Shown here piece by piece: positions 13,282-25,555 of a stretch of DNA of 64,000 bases. Origin of the DNA: Octopus vulgaris. Its lineage: Eukaryota. Position 1 is the first letter of the stretch. Every line of letters begins with the position of its first letter. The translations under genes were made by a program, and so were the position numbers. The notes under the pieces were generated by a model that was not told where the DNA came from, did not search any database, and saw nothing but the letters and a program-made list of their open reading frames with translations. The stretch is from assembly GCA_951406725.2 (NCBI GenBank), contig OX597824.1:32054001-32118000 (forward strand). Direction: 5' to 3'.

Positions 13282-13412
13282 ATGTTTCTGTAAAAATCTA
13301 CCAACCTACATCAGATTATCAAAAGTTTATGAAATCTAAACATCTTTGTGAAAAGAAGATCCCTCGACCAAAGCATTTTGATTTCACCTTTTTACAAATC
13401 AGAAACTTTAAG
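13282..13412 (+). CDS. Gene 1 coding exon 2 (NVSVKIYQPTSDYQKFMKSKHLCEKKIPRPKHFDFTFLQIRNFK)
   Basis: Pyrimidine tract with ttaag acceptor and AAG|gtaagt donor; 131 nt, phase 1 to 0, open frame. Confidence 0.85.
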
Positions 13413-14251
13413 GTAAGTTGTAAATCGTAAATTTTATTCCAATAGAGTTTATATTCCTGTGAAATAAAGACACCCATAGTTTGATATGTAAAGACATGGT
13501 CTAATAGTTAAGGGTATTGCACTCACAATCACAAGATTGTGGTTTCAATTCCTCATCCAGGTGATGTATTATGTTTTTGAGCAAAACACTTTATTTCACA
13601 TTGCTCAAATCCACTCAGCTGTAAATAAGTAACTCTGTGAATGAATTGGCATTCCATTTAGTGGGGAATGTTGTGGTCTTGGTCACATATACACAATGAA
13701 AACTTGGTAACTGATCTCATGCGTCCTAGGACTTGAACCAATAATATCCATAGTGTGATATTATTTAACTTCAAGAATTGATCTATTTGATATCTTATTT
13801 ATTACATATCACCAAGTGAAAGTGTGTGGCTTAGTGGTTAGGGTATTCAGCTCATGAACACAAGATCAATTCCCAGCATTACTTTATTTCATGTTGCTTC
13901 AGTCTACTCAGCTGGCAAAAATGCGTAGTACCTGTATTTCAAAAGGCCAGCCTTGTCACACTCTGTGTCATGTGGAATCTCCCTGAGAACTACATTATGA
14001 GGGTACATGTGTCTGTGGAGTGCTCAGCACATGCATGTTAATTTCACAAGCAGGCTGTTCCATTGATCGGATCAGCTGAGACCCTTGTCATTGCAACCGA
14101 TGGAGTAAGACATATCACCAACATACTGCTCTAATTTTCCATGTTGGCATCAAGTGGGTGTGTCTGCAACACACCTCTTTCCATTTCCTTCATTATCTCA
14201 TCTGTCAGACAGAATGTTCTTAATTCTGACATTGTTTAGTGTTAATTGACA

Positions 14252-14796
14252 TAGGTGTAGCTTTGGCTGTGTAGTCAAGAAGTTTGCTTTACAATCACAT
14301 ATTTTCAGGTTTGGTCACATTGGACAGCATGTTTGACAAGTGTCTTCTACCATAGCCCTGTGCCAACTAAAACCTTGTGAGTACATTTGGTAGACAGAAA
14401 CTGAAAGAAGTCTGTCATATAAATATGTATACATGTGTGTGGTTGGTGTTAGGAAGGGCATCCAGCTGTAGAAATTCTGCCAGATCAGATTGGAGCCTGG
14501 TGCAGCCATCTGTTTCGCCAGTCCTCAGTCAAATCATCCAACCCATGCTAGCATGGAAAGTGGACGTTAAATGATGATGATGATGATGTGTGTGTGTGTG
14601 TTGTTTGTTTGTCACCACAAACCACTACTTGACAACTGGTGTTGGTTTCTTGATGTCCCATTAGGTTAGTAATTCAGAAAAAAAAAAGACCAATAAGTGC
14701 CAGACTTCAAAAATCATAAGTACTGTGGATTGACTTGTTCAGCTAAAGCCCTTCAAGGCAGTGCTCCGGCATGGCTGTAGACCAGTGACTGAAACA
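14252..14796 (+). mobile_element. SINE family A with a family B 3' end nested in its internal microsatellite
   Basis: A head 14252-14435, B tail 14440-14586 ending in (GAT)n, then the A body resumes. Confidence 0.75.
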
Positions 14797-15399
14797 AATT
14801 ACTAAATTGTTCCTTAGTCTTTAATCAAGTTACTTTGCAAAGCTTTTAGATTTTATCCTATTTGTACTAAATTCACACAACTGTAGATTGTACAATGTGA
14901 ATTAAATCATTACCACAAGTTATGATGGTTCTTTCACTGAAACTCTTGTTCAATTCATCTTGGAAAGGAACAAACAGAAGATGACTGCTTAGTATTCTTG
15001 AATGCCTACTTGTTCACCAAATTCCTCGCTATGCTCACTACCAAACACCATCTTATTTTTAGGTCTTATATGACTTGGCCATTTACTTATAAACCGTTTT
15101 AATTTCAGGGCTCTAAAATCCCAATATCTGTCTATTTGGTGTCACTGTAAAAATTTTTTATGTTGAATTATTGTGATCAGTAGAACCACTTCTAATTCAT
15201 TCACATCTTTTAAAAACATATCATATTCATGCTTTTTTCTTTAAATATAATGACATTTTAATTTGATGATTTAATAATTTTGTTGTTATAATTTTACAGA
15301 ACTAATTAGCCAAATATTAAAATTTAGGAATTTTGTACATTGAATTTGTTACTTTATTAAATTTATTAATTTTACATTTTTGATTCAATATTTCTTTAG

Positions 15400-15461
15400 T
15401 ATTTTTGCAAAGATGGTAATTTCAAAAGAATAGCAAAATTAAAAGTAATTTTTAGCAGAAA
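15400..15461 (+). CDS. Gene 1 coding exon 3 (YFCKDGNFKRIAKLKVIFSRK)
   Basis: tttctttag acceptor and AA|gtaagt donor; 62 nt, phase 0 to 2, exactly bridging exons 2 and 4. Confidence 0.8.
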
Positions 15462-16019
15462 GTAAGTTTTTATATTTGTTATATTTTATTCTTGTGAAAT
15501 CTTTTACATATTCCTTCCCCCTACCATTCCATTCTCTACCACCTTCCTTTTCTCACCATCTTACATATCCATCTACATTTCTCCTTTCCTCCACCCCCTA
15601 CTCTGTTATCTTACTCAGTTTTTCTCTCTATTTTCTGCTTCTCTTTATCTTATATGTGACACATTGTAAATAAGTTATGAACTGCAGCTATGTTTAAAGT
15701 AAAAAAACCCCAAAAAAACTAAGGTTGTATACATCCAGACTAAACTAAATATAAGGCAACATAGATAATTTACATTTAATATTTTATTTTTATAGGGGAA
15801 ATGTTATTTCAGATCTTCTTAACCATGATAATGTCTGAGTTTAGTGAATTTATATAAAACTGAAAGGTCATAAGTGCATTACTTGAATGTTTAAAATACT
15901 CTGCAACTGACTAAAAAATATTAGGTCTTCACACAGACATGGCATTGTGCTGTTAGATATATCACATTACTTTTTTATTTCAACCTACAAAAATGCCATT
16001 CTTAATTGAGTCATTCAGT

Positions 16020-16650
16020 TTATGGAAGATCATAGAGAACGAACTAAAGCTTCTTGGTTTGTAAATATCTTCTGTACCCTGGCTACCTTACAAAGTTTTT
16101 CTTCTCTATCAGTTTGTCTGATACCCCTGGAAACAATTGCTTACATTGGCTACACTACATGGAATTCCTGCCTATTCCTTTTCCGCATAGTGTGCAGAGC
16201 CACTTTCCAGGTGGCGACAGTTTTGTCTTCTTTTCTGCCAACTAAAACTTTTGTTATTGCTAGGTTTACTGAAGTTGCATAGCTAAGAAGTTGGTGTGGG
16301 GAAGTCTGCAGTCTTTCTGTATAGGCCTGTAATAGGAAGCATGTAATGTGTGTGTGGGGCTGGGACAGCAAACTCAATATCTACTCTGGGCAACGTACTT
16401 TCTAGCTATGCCACTGGTTTGCTGTAAGAATCTTTTGATTCTAGGCTTTGCTTCCACATTTAGAATTTTCTTCTCTAATTCTTCAACAGATTCAGAAATG
16501 AAAAGCAGATCAACTGTATAGAGAGGTTCCTGTGAATGAGCTGGCCTTAGCTCTTCTGATATAGTCTGAAAAAACTTCTATAAACAGGAGGAGTCTGAAA
16601 ACTGATCCTTGTTGGACACCTATTTGCATGCTAAATTCATTGCTAATCTT
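16020..16650 (-). mobile_element. Degraded RTE-like LINE RT fragment
   Basis: Minus-strand remnants GVQQGSVF..LLF..EPLYTVDLL..NLKARIKR..NLAITKVL. Confidence 0.55.
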
Positions 16651-16679
16651 GTACTGAATTTTATTAATGGATTATTTCA

Positions 16680-16893
16680 TTAATCCTTCAGCATTTAAAC
16701 TGGCCATATCCGGCCCAAATAGTCAACCTGTTTTATGTTCAAATCGGCCAGATTTGGTGTCTTACACTTCATTCTAAAAATAAACAATCCCATTATTGAA
16801 ATCTTGAAACAATCAGGTAATGCATGATTATTTCAAAATAATGTGAATAAATAAGCATTGCATTTGACAGTAATCTTAATGCTAAAAGGTTAA
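16680..16893. mobile_element. piggyBac-type MITE with TTAA ends; related copies at ~50605 and 61270-61881
   Basis: TTAATCCTTCAGCATT...AATGCTAAAAGGTTAA with shared internal GGCCATATCCG..C.AAATA. Confidence 0.6.
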
Positions 16894-16961
16894 ACATTTC
16901 TTTTATATTAATTAGATCACTTTCAGGACATTCTGTTATTTTGACAATTGTTTTATTTAAG

Positions 16962-17238
16962 GAAATTGGTGTACGAGTTCCAAGTGGGAGAAACAGCTGA
17001 TTCCTCTGGCAGTAATACAAAACACCTAGCAATCATTGAAGTTGATTTCCACACCATTGTGGCAATATGGGGCCAAGAAGATAAATTCCGTCTCCAAGTA
17101 AAAGTTCCTCCTCGTATGCATATGGGTACCCGCTTTTGTAAGAAGAACCAAAATAGTTCTGTCCAAAATGTTCAATATGACCGTTGTCATACAACAGACC
17201 TCACTTGTGGGGAATTGTATCGGATACCTTTTCATTAT
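16962..17238 (+). CDS. Gene 1 coding exon 4 (KLVYEFQVGE...IIEVDFHTIVAIW...VKVPPRMH...TTDLTCGELYRIPFHY); core of a putative PH-like domain
   Basis: tttaag acceptor and TAT|gtgagt donor; 277 nt, phase 2 to 0; lies inside track ORF 16948..17277. Confidence 0.85.
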
Positions 17239-17740
17239 GTGAGTGAAATAATTACTTTTGTTTTTGATTGTATCTAATTAAAAGGTTGTTGTTTAGTCAT
17301 AAGTTGGTTCACATCAAGTTGACCTATAGTCAGAGGTATTCCAGCCATGAACATCTTATTTTACAATAGTGTATATGTTGTGTGGATAATAGTAATAATG
17401 GTACACCCCTCCCACATAACGAGTGGTATATGTTAGTCACTATAAATAGGTGACAAGGAATTAACGAAACTCACAAAAGTTTTTTGTGCGAATTCTATGA
17501 AAGAAAAAAAATTCATTAAATTATGGAAAATTTGTTAGCCTTTTTGCTCGAGTTGCAAAACCAGCAACAGTTACAACTTCAAGAACAACAACAGAAGCAA
17601 CAACAATAAATGCTGCAACTAATGAAAAATAAGTTGTCAGAAAATGCTGAAAATATGTTCTTGCTAGATTAATTGTGGTCTTGATAACAGTGTTTAAGTA
17701 CAAACCAGATGAAGATGTTATTGAAAAAATCTTCAGTAAG

Positions 17741-18059
17741 GCATAGGAGTGGCTGTGTGGTAAGTAGCTTGCTTATGAATCACAAGGTTCCGGGTTCAGT
17801 CCCACTGCGTGGCACCTTGGGCAAGTGTCTTCTACTATAGCCTTGGGTCGACAAAGCCTTGTGAGTGGATTTGGTAGACGGAAACTGAAAGAAGCCCGTC
17901 GTATATATGTATACATATATATATGTGTGTTTGTCCCTCCAACATTGCTTAACAACCGATGCTGGTGTGTTTACGTCTCTGTAACTTAGCGGTTCTGCAA
18001 AAGAGACTGATAGAATGAGCACTAGGCTTACAAAGAATAAGTCCTGGGGTCGATTTGCT
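17741..18059 (+). mobile_element. SINE family A, 3' truncated by the RTE fragment
   Basis: Matches the family A consensus. Confidence 0.88.
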
Positions 18060-18856
18060 GCCCCACCCCACAACACCATTGCCAAAACAGAACTGAAGTT
18101 GGTACAGCGGTTCACTTATCTTGGAGGTACTATTTCATCAGATGCGAGTATCAACAAAGAAATTGACCACAGACCTGCAAAGCAAAGAAAGCATTTGGCA
18201 GACTGTATAAGCATGTGTGGAACAACAAGCATCTTAAGATCAGCACAAAAGTCAGCATCTATAGGGCCGTCATTCTCACAATGCTCCTATTTGGCTCTGA
18301 GTCTTGGGTCCCCTATTGCTGTCATCTCAGGCTCCTTGAATATTTTCATCAATATTTGCATCACCAACAGTGAGGTCCTTGAGTGAGCAAATATCACTAG
18401 CCTAGAAGCCATTTACTTGAGACACTACTGCGTTGGGCAGGGCATATTGGCAGGATGAGAGACCACCTCCTACCCAAGATCATCATGTACAGTGAGCTCA
18501 CTGCAACAGGAGGGCAGCAAGGAAGTATTACAAGGACTACCTGAAGCAGTCCCTTAGTGTTTGTGACATTGATTAGCATGAGTGGTCCACTCTAACAGCT
18601 GACTGCATCGCTTGGCGCCATACCATCAGCAATGTTGTTTCCTCCTTTGAGATCTCTCACAGTTTCTCTCTTGAAGACAAATGTTAGAGATGTAAAAATA
18701 ATGCAGCTGCATCCTGAGACCCTATACAACCAAACCCCTGTCATCACTGCAATTGGATATATCAATCCCACATCCGCCTTATCAGCCATGAATGAGCATG
18801 CAGATAACATGGACAACAAACATCCTTCCTAATCTTTGTCAGCGAAGCAATGCCAG

Positions 18857-18860
<4 letters not shown>
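18060..18860 (+). mobile_element. RTE-clade LINE 3' fragment
   Basis: FTYLGGTISSDASINKEIDHR..TKVSIYRAV..GSESW..LRWAGHIGRM...LPKIIMYSEL; frameshifted. Confidence 0.85.
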
Positions 18861-18896
<36 letters not shown>

Positions 18897-18906
<10 letters not shown>

Positions 18907-19138
18907 AAAAAAGAGTGGAAAAAACTACAGAAGGCTTGTGTTATAAGCTTAAAGAATATATTTAAGTTGTTATATTAGAAAAATGTTTTAAAATTTTCTG
19001 TATAGTAACAGTGTTTGAAGAAACCTATGTTACTATACGCAAAATTTTATAGCATTTTCTAACATAATGACTTAAATATATTCTTTAACCTTATAACACA
19101 AGCCTTCTGTAGTTTTTTCACTCTTTTTTATTTTTTAT
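18897..19138. repeat. Long inverted repeat (~115-bp arms) anchored on (TA)n
   Basis: AAAAAACTACAGAAGGCTTGTGTTATAAG..TATAGTAACA pairs with TGTTACTATA..CTTATAACACAAGCCTTCTGTAGTTTTTT. Confidence 0.9.
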
Positions 19139-19213
19139 ACATCCAACCATGTGCTTTCACACACCAACTCTCTCACCTTTATATACAATATATATATATA
19201 TATATATATAAGC

Positions 19214-19620
19214 AGGCATTGCTGCGTGGTAAAAAACTTGCTTCCCAACCACATGATTTAGGGTTCATTCCCACTGTATGGTGCCTTGGGCATGTGTTAT
19301 CTAGTGTTACCTTGGTCCAATCAAAGCCTTGTCAATGGATAGAAACTCAAAGATGGAAACACAAAGAAACTAGTTGTGCGTGTGTGTGTGTGTATATATG
19401 TCTATTTGTGTGTGTCTTTCTGTCTGTATTTATCCCGCCACCACTGCTTGATGACTGGTGTTGGTGTGTTTGCATCCTCATTACTTAGCAGTTTGGCAAA
19501 AGAGGCCAATACAATAAGTACCAGCTTTGAAAAAAAAGTACTAGGATCGATTCATTAACTAAAATTTCAAGGTATTGCCCCAGCATAGCTACAGTCTAAT
19601 GATTGAAAAGATAAAAGAAA
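19214..19620 (+). mobile_element. SINE family A, diverged
   Basis: Matches the family A layout. Confidence 0.75.
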
Positions 19621-19769
19621 AAATAGATATATGGTGTAAACATTAAGCACTCAATACATACTTGAGGGAGAAACACATTATCAGTTGTGCAAATCTGTAT
19701 GCAATGTGAACCTGCACACAGTAGAGATATCTACAAATACTTGCCTATTTTGTTTATTTTTCTTTCTAG

Positions 19770-19971
19770 ATCCAGCTACGTTCCATGTCTGTGAACAAGC
19801 TGTTAGCTTGTCTTTCACAGTTCAGTCCACAATTTGAATTAATGTTGCGATGTCCATTTATAGAAACTTTCATGAAAATGCTCCCCCAACAGAGGCCAGA
19901 AACCTCTGATTACATTCCAGGCTGCTATAATGAAGTACTTTCTTCTACTTGCCAAAATTCTCAAAATCAAT
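19770..19971 (+). CDS. Gene 1 coding exon 5 (IQLRSMSVNKLLACLSQFSPQFELMLRC...NSQNQ)
   Basis: ttctttctag acceptor and T|gtaagt donor; 202 nt, phase 0 to 1. Confidence 0.85.
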
Positions 19972-20504
19972 GTAAGTGGCAATATCATTTTTCAATTTTT
20001 TTTTCTTAGATCAAAACTTCATATCATAAACTATAAACAAAGAAGTTATAGACATGCCGGCGTATTTAGGAGCTCACTTTGCAGTCATGTGGGTTTAGGT
20101 TCAGTCTCACTGCATGATACACCTTGAGCAAGTATCTTCTCTTCTTCTATAACCCCAAGTTGATCAATAACTTGTGAGGGAGAGTATGGTAGACAGCATC
20201 TATGCAGAAATTTGTATGGTTACATATATCATCACCACTTTTTTAACATCTTCTTTTCTATGCTTGCATGGGTTGGCTAAAGTATGCTGAGGTAGATTTT
20301 CTATGACTGGATGCCCTTCCTGTTTCCAATTCTTACCCGTTTCTGAGAAAGGTAATATTTCCCCCTTGGCCAGACATGTTTTCATGTTAGACAGGAAACA
20401 AACAACATTGCTTGTTTGACAATGGTGCTCATTTACAACTATCATGTGATGTCAAGACAAACCCTATACACATACCTATATATATATATGAGAGAGAGAG
20501 AGAC

Positions 20505-20835
20505 CCCCTTTGGTCATAAATGACCATGTGATTGCACCTAAAATGTTCCTCTTCGAGACACAAATCCTGGCAAGGTTGTTTGTGGAAAACCAACAATCAT
20601 CCATGCATACCAGTCTCCCCTCTCCATGTCACCAATGTTATCCAAGAGAAAGGCAAAGGCCAATACAGCTTGGCACCAGTGATGTTGCAACTCATTTCTA
20701 CAGCTGAGTGAACCGGAGCAATATGAAAATAAAGTGTCTTGCTCAAGAACACAACAAGCAGCCTGGTCCAGGATTCAAACTCACAACCTCACGGTCGTAA
20801 GTTTGACGCTCTAACCACTGAGCCATGCACCTTCA
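20505..20835 (-). mobile_element. tRNA-derived SINE family D; related copies at ~13495-13740, 13815-14110 and 27113-27360 on +
   Basis: GAAGGTGCATGGCTCAGTGGTTAGAGC..GAGTTTGAATCC head and central GTGTTCTTGAGCAAGACACTTTA..CACTCAGCTGT domain. Confidence 0.75.
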
Positions 20836-21149
20836 CAGAAGCAGAAAATAATGGCTGAGATATATATGTACACACGCGTGCGCACACACACACAGAAACT
20901 GAAAAAAGCTTGTCATATAGTGCATGCGTGCGTACATCTTTTTTTCTGTGTTTGTCCCACACCACTGTTTGACTACTGGTGTTGGTATTTACATCCCCAT
21001 AACCTTGTAGTTCAGCAAATAGAGATCAATAGAATATACCAGGCTTGAAATAAAAATAAGTATTAACATATGTTGATTAATTGAAAGAGAAGATTGATTT
21101 ATGGCAAAAAATATTCTTTTTCTTCATTCTAGAATCTACTGTTTATCTA

Positions 21150-21525
21150 TTACTTGTTTCAGCTATTGAAGCATTGCCTTGTTGGGACACTGCCTTGAAG
21201 GAGTCAGCTGAATAATTCAAGTTCAAAACTTATCTTTTTAAGTCTGGTACTTATTCTATCAGTCTCTTTATGGGGATACAAACAAACCAACATCAGTTAT
21301 GTGGTGGGAAAGACAAACATACACTCAAAGACAGACACACACATATTTGTATATATATACGCAATCTAATTTTTTGTCTACTAAATTAACTCACAAGGCA
21401 TTGGTTAACCCAAATCTATAGTAGAAGACACCTGCTTGTTATGCTGCACAGTGGGACTGAACCCAGAACCATGTGCCATGTGGTTGCAAAGCAAGCTTCT
21501 TAACCACACAGCCATGCCTGTGCCT
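21150..21525 (-). mobile_element. SINE family A, diverged
   Basis: Reverse complement of the family A layout. Confidence 0.75.
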
Positions 21526-21713
21526 GGCTAGGAATCTTTCATAGATCTTTTCATTTTTTTCTGGGATAATCAAAGTATAAAACTGACATGAATTAAGTTT
21601 TTCTGGGTAAAACAAATTTTAAGACATACTTTTTCACAATAAGTTTTCTGTTAGTGTATAACTATTTTTTGATAACTGTTTTAAATTTCGTCATTGTTTT
21701 TCTTTTTTTTCAG

Positions 21714-21781
21714 ATGTTGAATTTTCTGAAAATATGTCAGAATGCTCCCATCATATGGATTCTTCCAAAAGTAGCTGCAAG
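21714..21781 (+). CDS. Gene 1 coding exon 6 (YVEFSENMSECSHHMDSSKSSCK)
   Basis: Long poly-T tract with cag acceptor and AAG|gtaagt donor; 68 nt, phase 1 to 0. Confidence 0.8.
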
Positions 21782-23144
21782 GTAAGTTATATGATATATA
21801 TGTGAAATTTTTTAAAGGTTTTATCATCATTTAACATCTGTTTTCCATGCTATCTTGGATTGGACAGTTCAAACAGGAATTGGTGAACTAGAGGACTGCA
21901 CCAAGTTCCAGTGTTTGTTTCGGCATGGTTTCTATGACTGGATGCCCTTTCTATTGCCAACCACTTTACAGAGTGTACTGAGTATTTTTTTTCTGTTTTT
22001 TTTTTTTACATGGCAAATAGTAAATAACTTATAGTTTCTGAAATAGCATTATAATGTTTATTAGTAATTTAACATTGTGATAAATTTCAACCCAAGATTA
22101 CAATAGAAAACACTAACGCTGATATGACTGTGTTGCATATTTCATGGGATTTATAAGTTTTCTACATCATGTGACTCTGTTTGGTGGTCAGGTGATCACT
22201 ACTATTTAAGATAGTGACTTGGATGTCATTTGTCTTGAAGATTCCAATATTATGGTGAGATTACAATACAAGCTATTCAATTACAACTTCACTAGTTATG
22301 CTGGTTCACACTTGAAAGAAATGGCTCAGTATGCTTAAAATGTATTTTGGGTAGCTGCTGCCTTCAAGACAACATTCCAATAACTGAAACAAATAGGATA
22401 AAAAGTAGATTCTAGAATGAAGAAAAAGACAATGTTTTTTGCCATTTATTGAACAAATTTCCAGTCATAAATCAATCTTCTCTTTCAATTAATCAATATA
22501 TGTTAATACCTGTATTTAAAAATATTTACTATGTTTTCTGTAACCATTCACATCCTAATAGGGTTAAGTTTACCTTTCAAACATTTTAGATCAACAGAAT
22601 ATGTTGCATATACACGTTACATTTTATCTTTAACTTGTTTCAGTTATCAGACTGTGGCCATGCTGGGCACCACCTTGAAGAATTTTAATCAAATAAATAG
22701 ACCCCAGTACTATATTTTTATTTTAAGCCTGGTACTTATTCTATCGGCAGGAAAAGAATAATTTTATACATACATATACACATACGCACATATACAAGAA
22801 TAAACACTGGTACAGCAGTGATCAGATAAAGTTTTTATTTGAATTCAATATAAAAATGAAAGGAAAAGATACAACATTGATATGGTTGCATTGCATGCTT
22901 CATATGATTTATGTATATGCTTATTTGATCACATGACTCAACATAAGGGTCAGATGATCAGTATTATATAACATGGCTACTGGTTCAATGGGGAGAAATT
23001 TGTTATTGAGTTGAAGAAATCTTTTTGAAGTACAGAGCCTCTTGCAACTATGGCTTTGTTTTGGATAAATACTTTACTGTGGGATTACATTATTGGGCTT
23101 TAAATAAGTATATTGCAGGAACATATAATATCTGTTCATGGCAA

Positions 23145-23605
23145 TGGTGCCAGAGGCACATAAAAGGCACCATTCGAGTGTGATCGTTGCCAGCTTCGCC
23201 TTACTGGCACTTGTGTCCCATGCTAGTAGGGTGCTAAGAGCACCATCCGAGCATGATCGTTGCCAGAGCGGCTAACTGGCTTCCGTGCCGGTGGCATGTA
23301 GGAGGCACCATTCGAGCGGGATCATTGTCAGCATCACCTTACTGACACCTGTGCTGTTAGCATGTATAAAAACATTCGAGCGAGGTCGTTGCCAGTACCG
23401 CTTGACTGGCCCCATGCTGGTGGCACGTAAAAGCACCCACTACACTCTCGGAGTGGTTGGTGTTAGGAAGGGCATCCAGCTGTAGAAACTCTGCCAGATC
23501 AAGACTGGAGCCTGGTGCAGCCATCTGGTTTACCAGCCCACAGTCAAACCGTCCAACCCATGCTAGCATGGAAAGCAGACATTAAACGATGATGATGATG
23601 ATGAT
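23145..23605 (+). mobile_element. SINE family B with internal tandem subrepeats and (GAT)n tail
   Basis: Repeated GGCACGTAAAAGCACC units, TTAGGAAGGGCATCCAGCTGTAGAAAC and CCAACCCATGCTAGCATGGAAAG..(GAT)n. Confidence 0.85.
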
Positions 23606-24034
23606 GGCACTGCATGATGGAACGTAACCTGGGACCATGTGGTTACAATACCAACTTCTTAATTACACAACCCTGTTTATATTTTCAAAGCATAATTTTC
23701 AAATTTGAATTATTTCTATTTGTGAGGTTTAATAATTCAGAATAATCATTTTAAAAAAAAAATCATTGTAAACATTTTTGAAGTACTTTCTTGTATTTGA
23801 TGGCTTACAAGATTCCCTTTTCTCCCAAATGTCTCAAAAAATCACTTCAGGTTCTATACAGAGTTGGACCTATGTTACATGCTTTAATGCATTAAAACCT
23901 TTTTTTTTTTCTCCTGAATATGTACTGTTGAAATTGGGGTGTGTGTCTAATATACACATTTGTCTTTTATGCCACTAACTATGGTGAATGAAACGTAAAT
24001 TGCAGATTTTAAATGATATCTATTTATTCTACAG

Positions 24035-24073
24035 ATGTGCTCTACCATGGTTAAATCCTTTGATGATGTCTAA
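24035..24073 (+). CDS. Gene 1 terminal coding exon (MCSTMVKSFDDV*)
   Basis: ttctacag acceptor, phase 0, TAA at 24071-24073, followed by AT-rich repeat-free UTR-like sequence. Confidence 0.6.
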   Translation: MCSTMVKSFDDV

Positions 24074-25189
24074 TGTGAAATCAGAAATATTCTCATTTCT
24101 TTAAGATTATTATTTACATTAAGCATCAGATGGTATCTATATACATACCAATTATTATTTTGCTGTAAACAAACACTACCATTCATTATGAAATATAAAA
24201 AGATTGGTTTTGTTGTTCATTTTCCAAATTAAAAATCAGAATATTTTGATATTATTTTTTTTTCTTTACAAAAACAAAGAAAATATCACTGCTTAATTAG
24301 TAAAATTTAATTATCTTGCAAGGACAAGAATGAAATATTGCCAGACATTTGATGAAAAACTGCAATATTGTTTGAAACTGTGTTTATATCTGAATTTACC
24401 AATTTGTTATTGACAGATTCCTTGCCAATAAATACTCTTCAGAAAACATTTGTTGTTTAATTAATTCCATTCCAAAATACAGATTTTCATTAAAATATGA
24501 TTTTGTGTAATTAATGTTTTAAATCATTGAGTTCTGTTGACCAGATACGCAACTAATTATTGTAAGAAATATATAATCGATTGAACCGGTTTTAGTACAT
24601 AACTGGTACTTAACAAATCAATGGGGCTAGGGAACCATTGATAACAGATAACTAAGGCTTGAAGTACTCAGACACCGTGAGGAAAATAAGGAATCATTAG
24701 TTTTACAAATGCACAAGTTATGTAGCTTAAATATGTTGGCCTTGAGGCTTAAACCATTCTTGCCATATGAGTTTTAAGAGGTTTTATATGTGGAAATCTT
24801 TAAAATTGAATATAAGCAAAATTTTGGTTATGGGCAAGATATTCCCCATCTCTACAATACATGGTTACTCAATCTGCTAGGATAGCAACTAAAACTCCCT
24901 CCTATCACACTACAAAATTGATGTACACATCAAACAATTTGTTATCTATCCTAGACAATTCAAGTCTAAAGTTTGTGAGAAAACTATATAAATCTACATT
25001 ATATTTTGCTTTTAAATACTTCAAGAGGCTTATTTTTTAAAATTAGTAATTTATGAAAATCTCAAGCCAATTTTGAATGATAGAAACATTAGGCTCTGCA
25101 CAAGTCAGACTGATGTGGTCATTTGTGATTTCCGTCTTTTTATTTGCCAGTGAGACTTGGATATTAACAGCAGAACTAGAAAAAAAAAA

Positions 25190-25555
25190 AGGTGCAGGAG
25201 TGGCTGTGTGGTAAGTAGCTTGCTTACCAACCACATGGTTCCGGGTTCAGTCCCACTGCATGGCACCTTGGGCAAGTGCCTTCTACTATAGCCTCGGGTC
25301 GACAAAAGCCTTGTGAGTGGATTTGGTAGACAGAACCTGAAAGAAGCCTGTTGTATGTATGTATGTGTGTGTATGTTTGTCCCCCCAACATCGCTTGACA
25401 ACTGATGCTGGTGTGTTTACGTCCCCTTCACTTAGTGGTTTGGCAAGAGAGACCGATAGAATAGGTACTAGGCTTACAAAGAATAAGTCGAGTTGCTCGA
25501 CTAAAGGTGGTGCTCCGACATGGCCACAGTCAAATGACTGAAACAAATAAAAGAA
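25190..25555 (+). mobile_element. tRNA-derived SINE family A, full-length copy
   Basis: GGAGTGGCTGTGTGGTAAG (A box), GGTTCAGTCCC (B box), ACCTTGGGCAAGTG core, internal microsatellite, 3' GACTGAAACAA. Confidence 0.9.

Noticed and set aside
15796-15822. Candidate gene 1 exon reading GKCYFRSS*, which resembles the plant AKCYF motif
   Set aside because: It hits a stop and has no compatible donor; exon 15400-15461 fits both phases.
23145-23440. CRISPR-like repeat/spacer pattern (GGCACGTAAAAGCACC units; also 37240-37455)
   Set aside because: These are internal tandem subrepeats of SINE family B; the 'spacers' are mutually homologous, the context is eukaryotic and there are no cas genes.
25190-25270. 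tRNA-like A/B boxes as tRNA genes
   Set aside because: These are SINE heads with no complete cloverleaf, and they are always followed by the SINE body.
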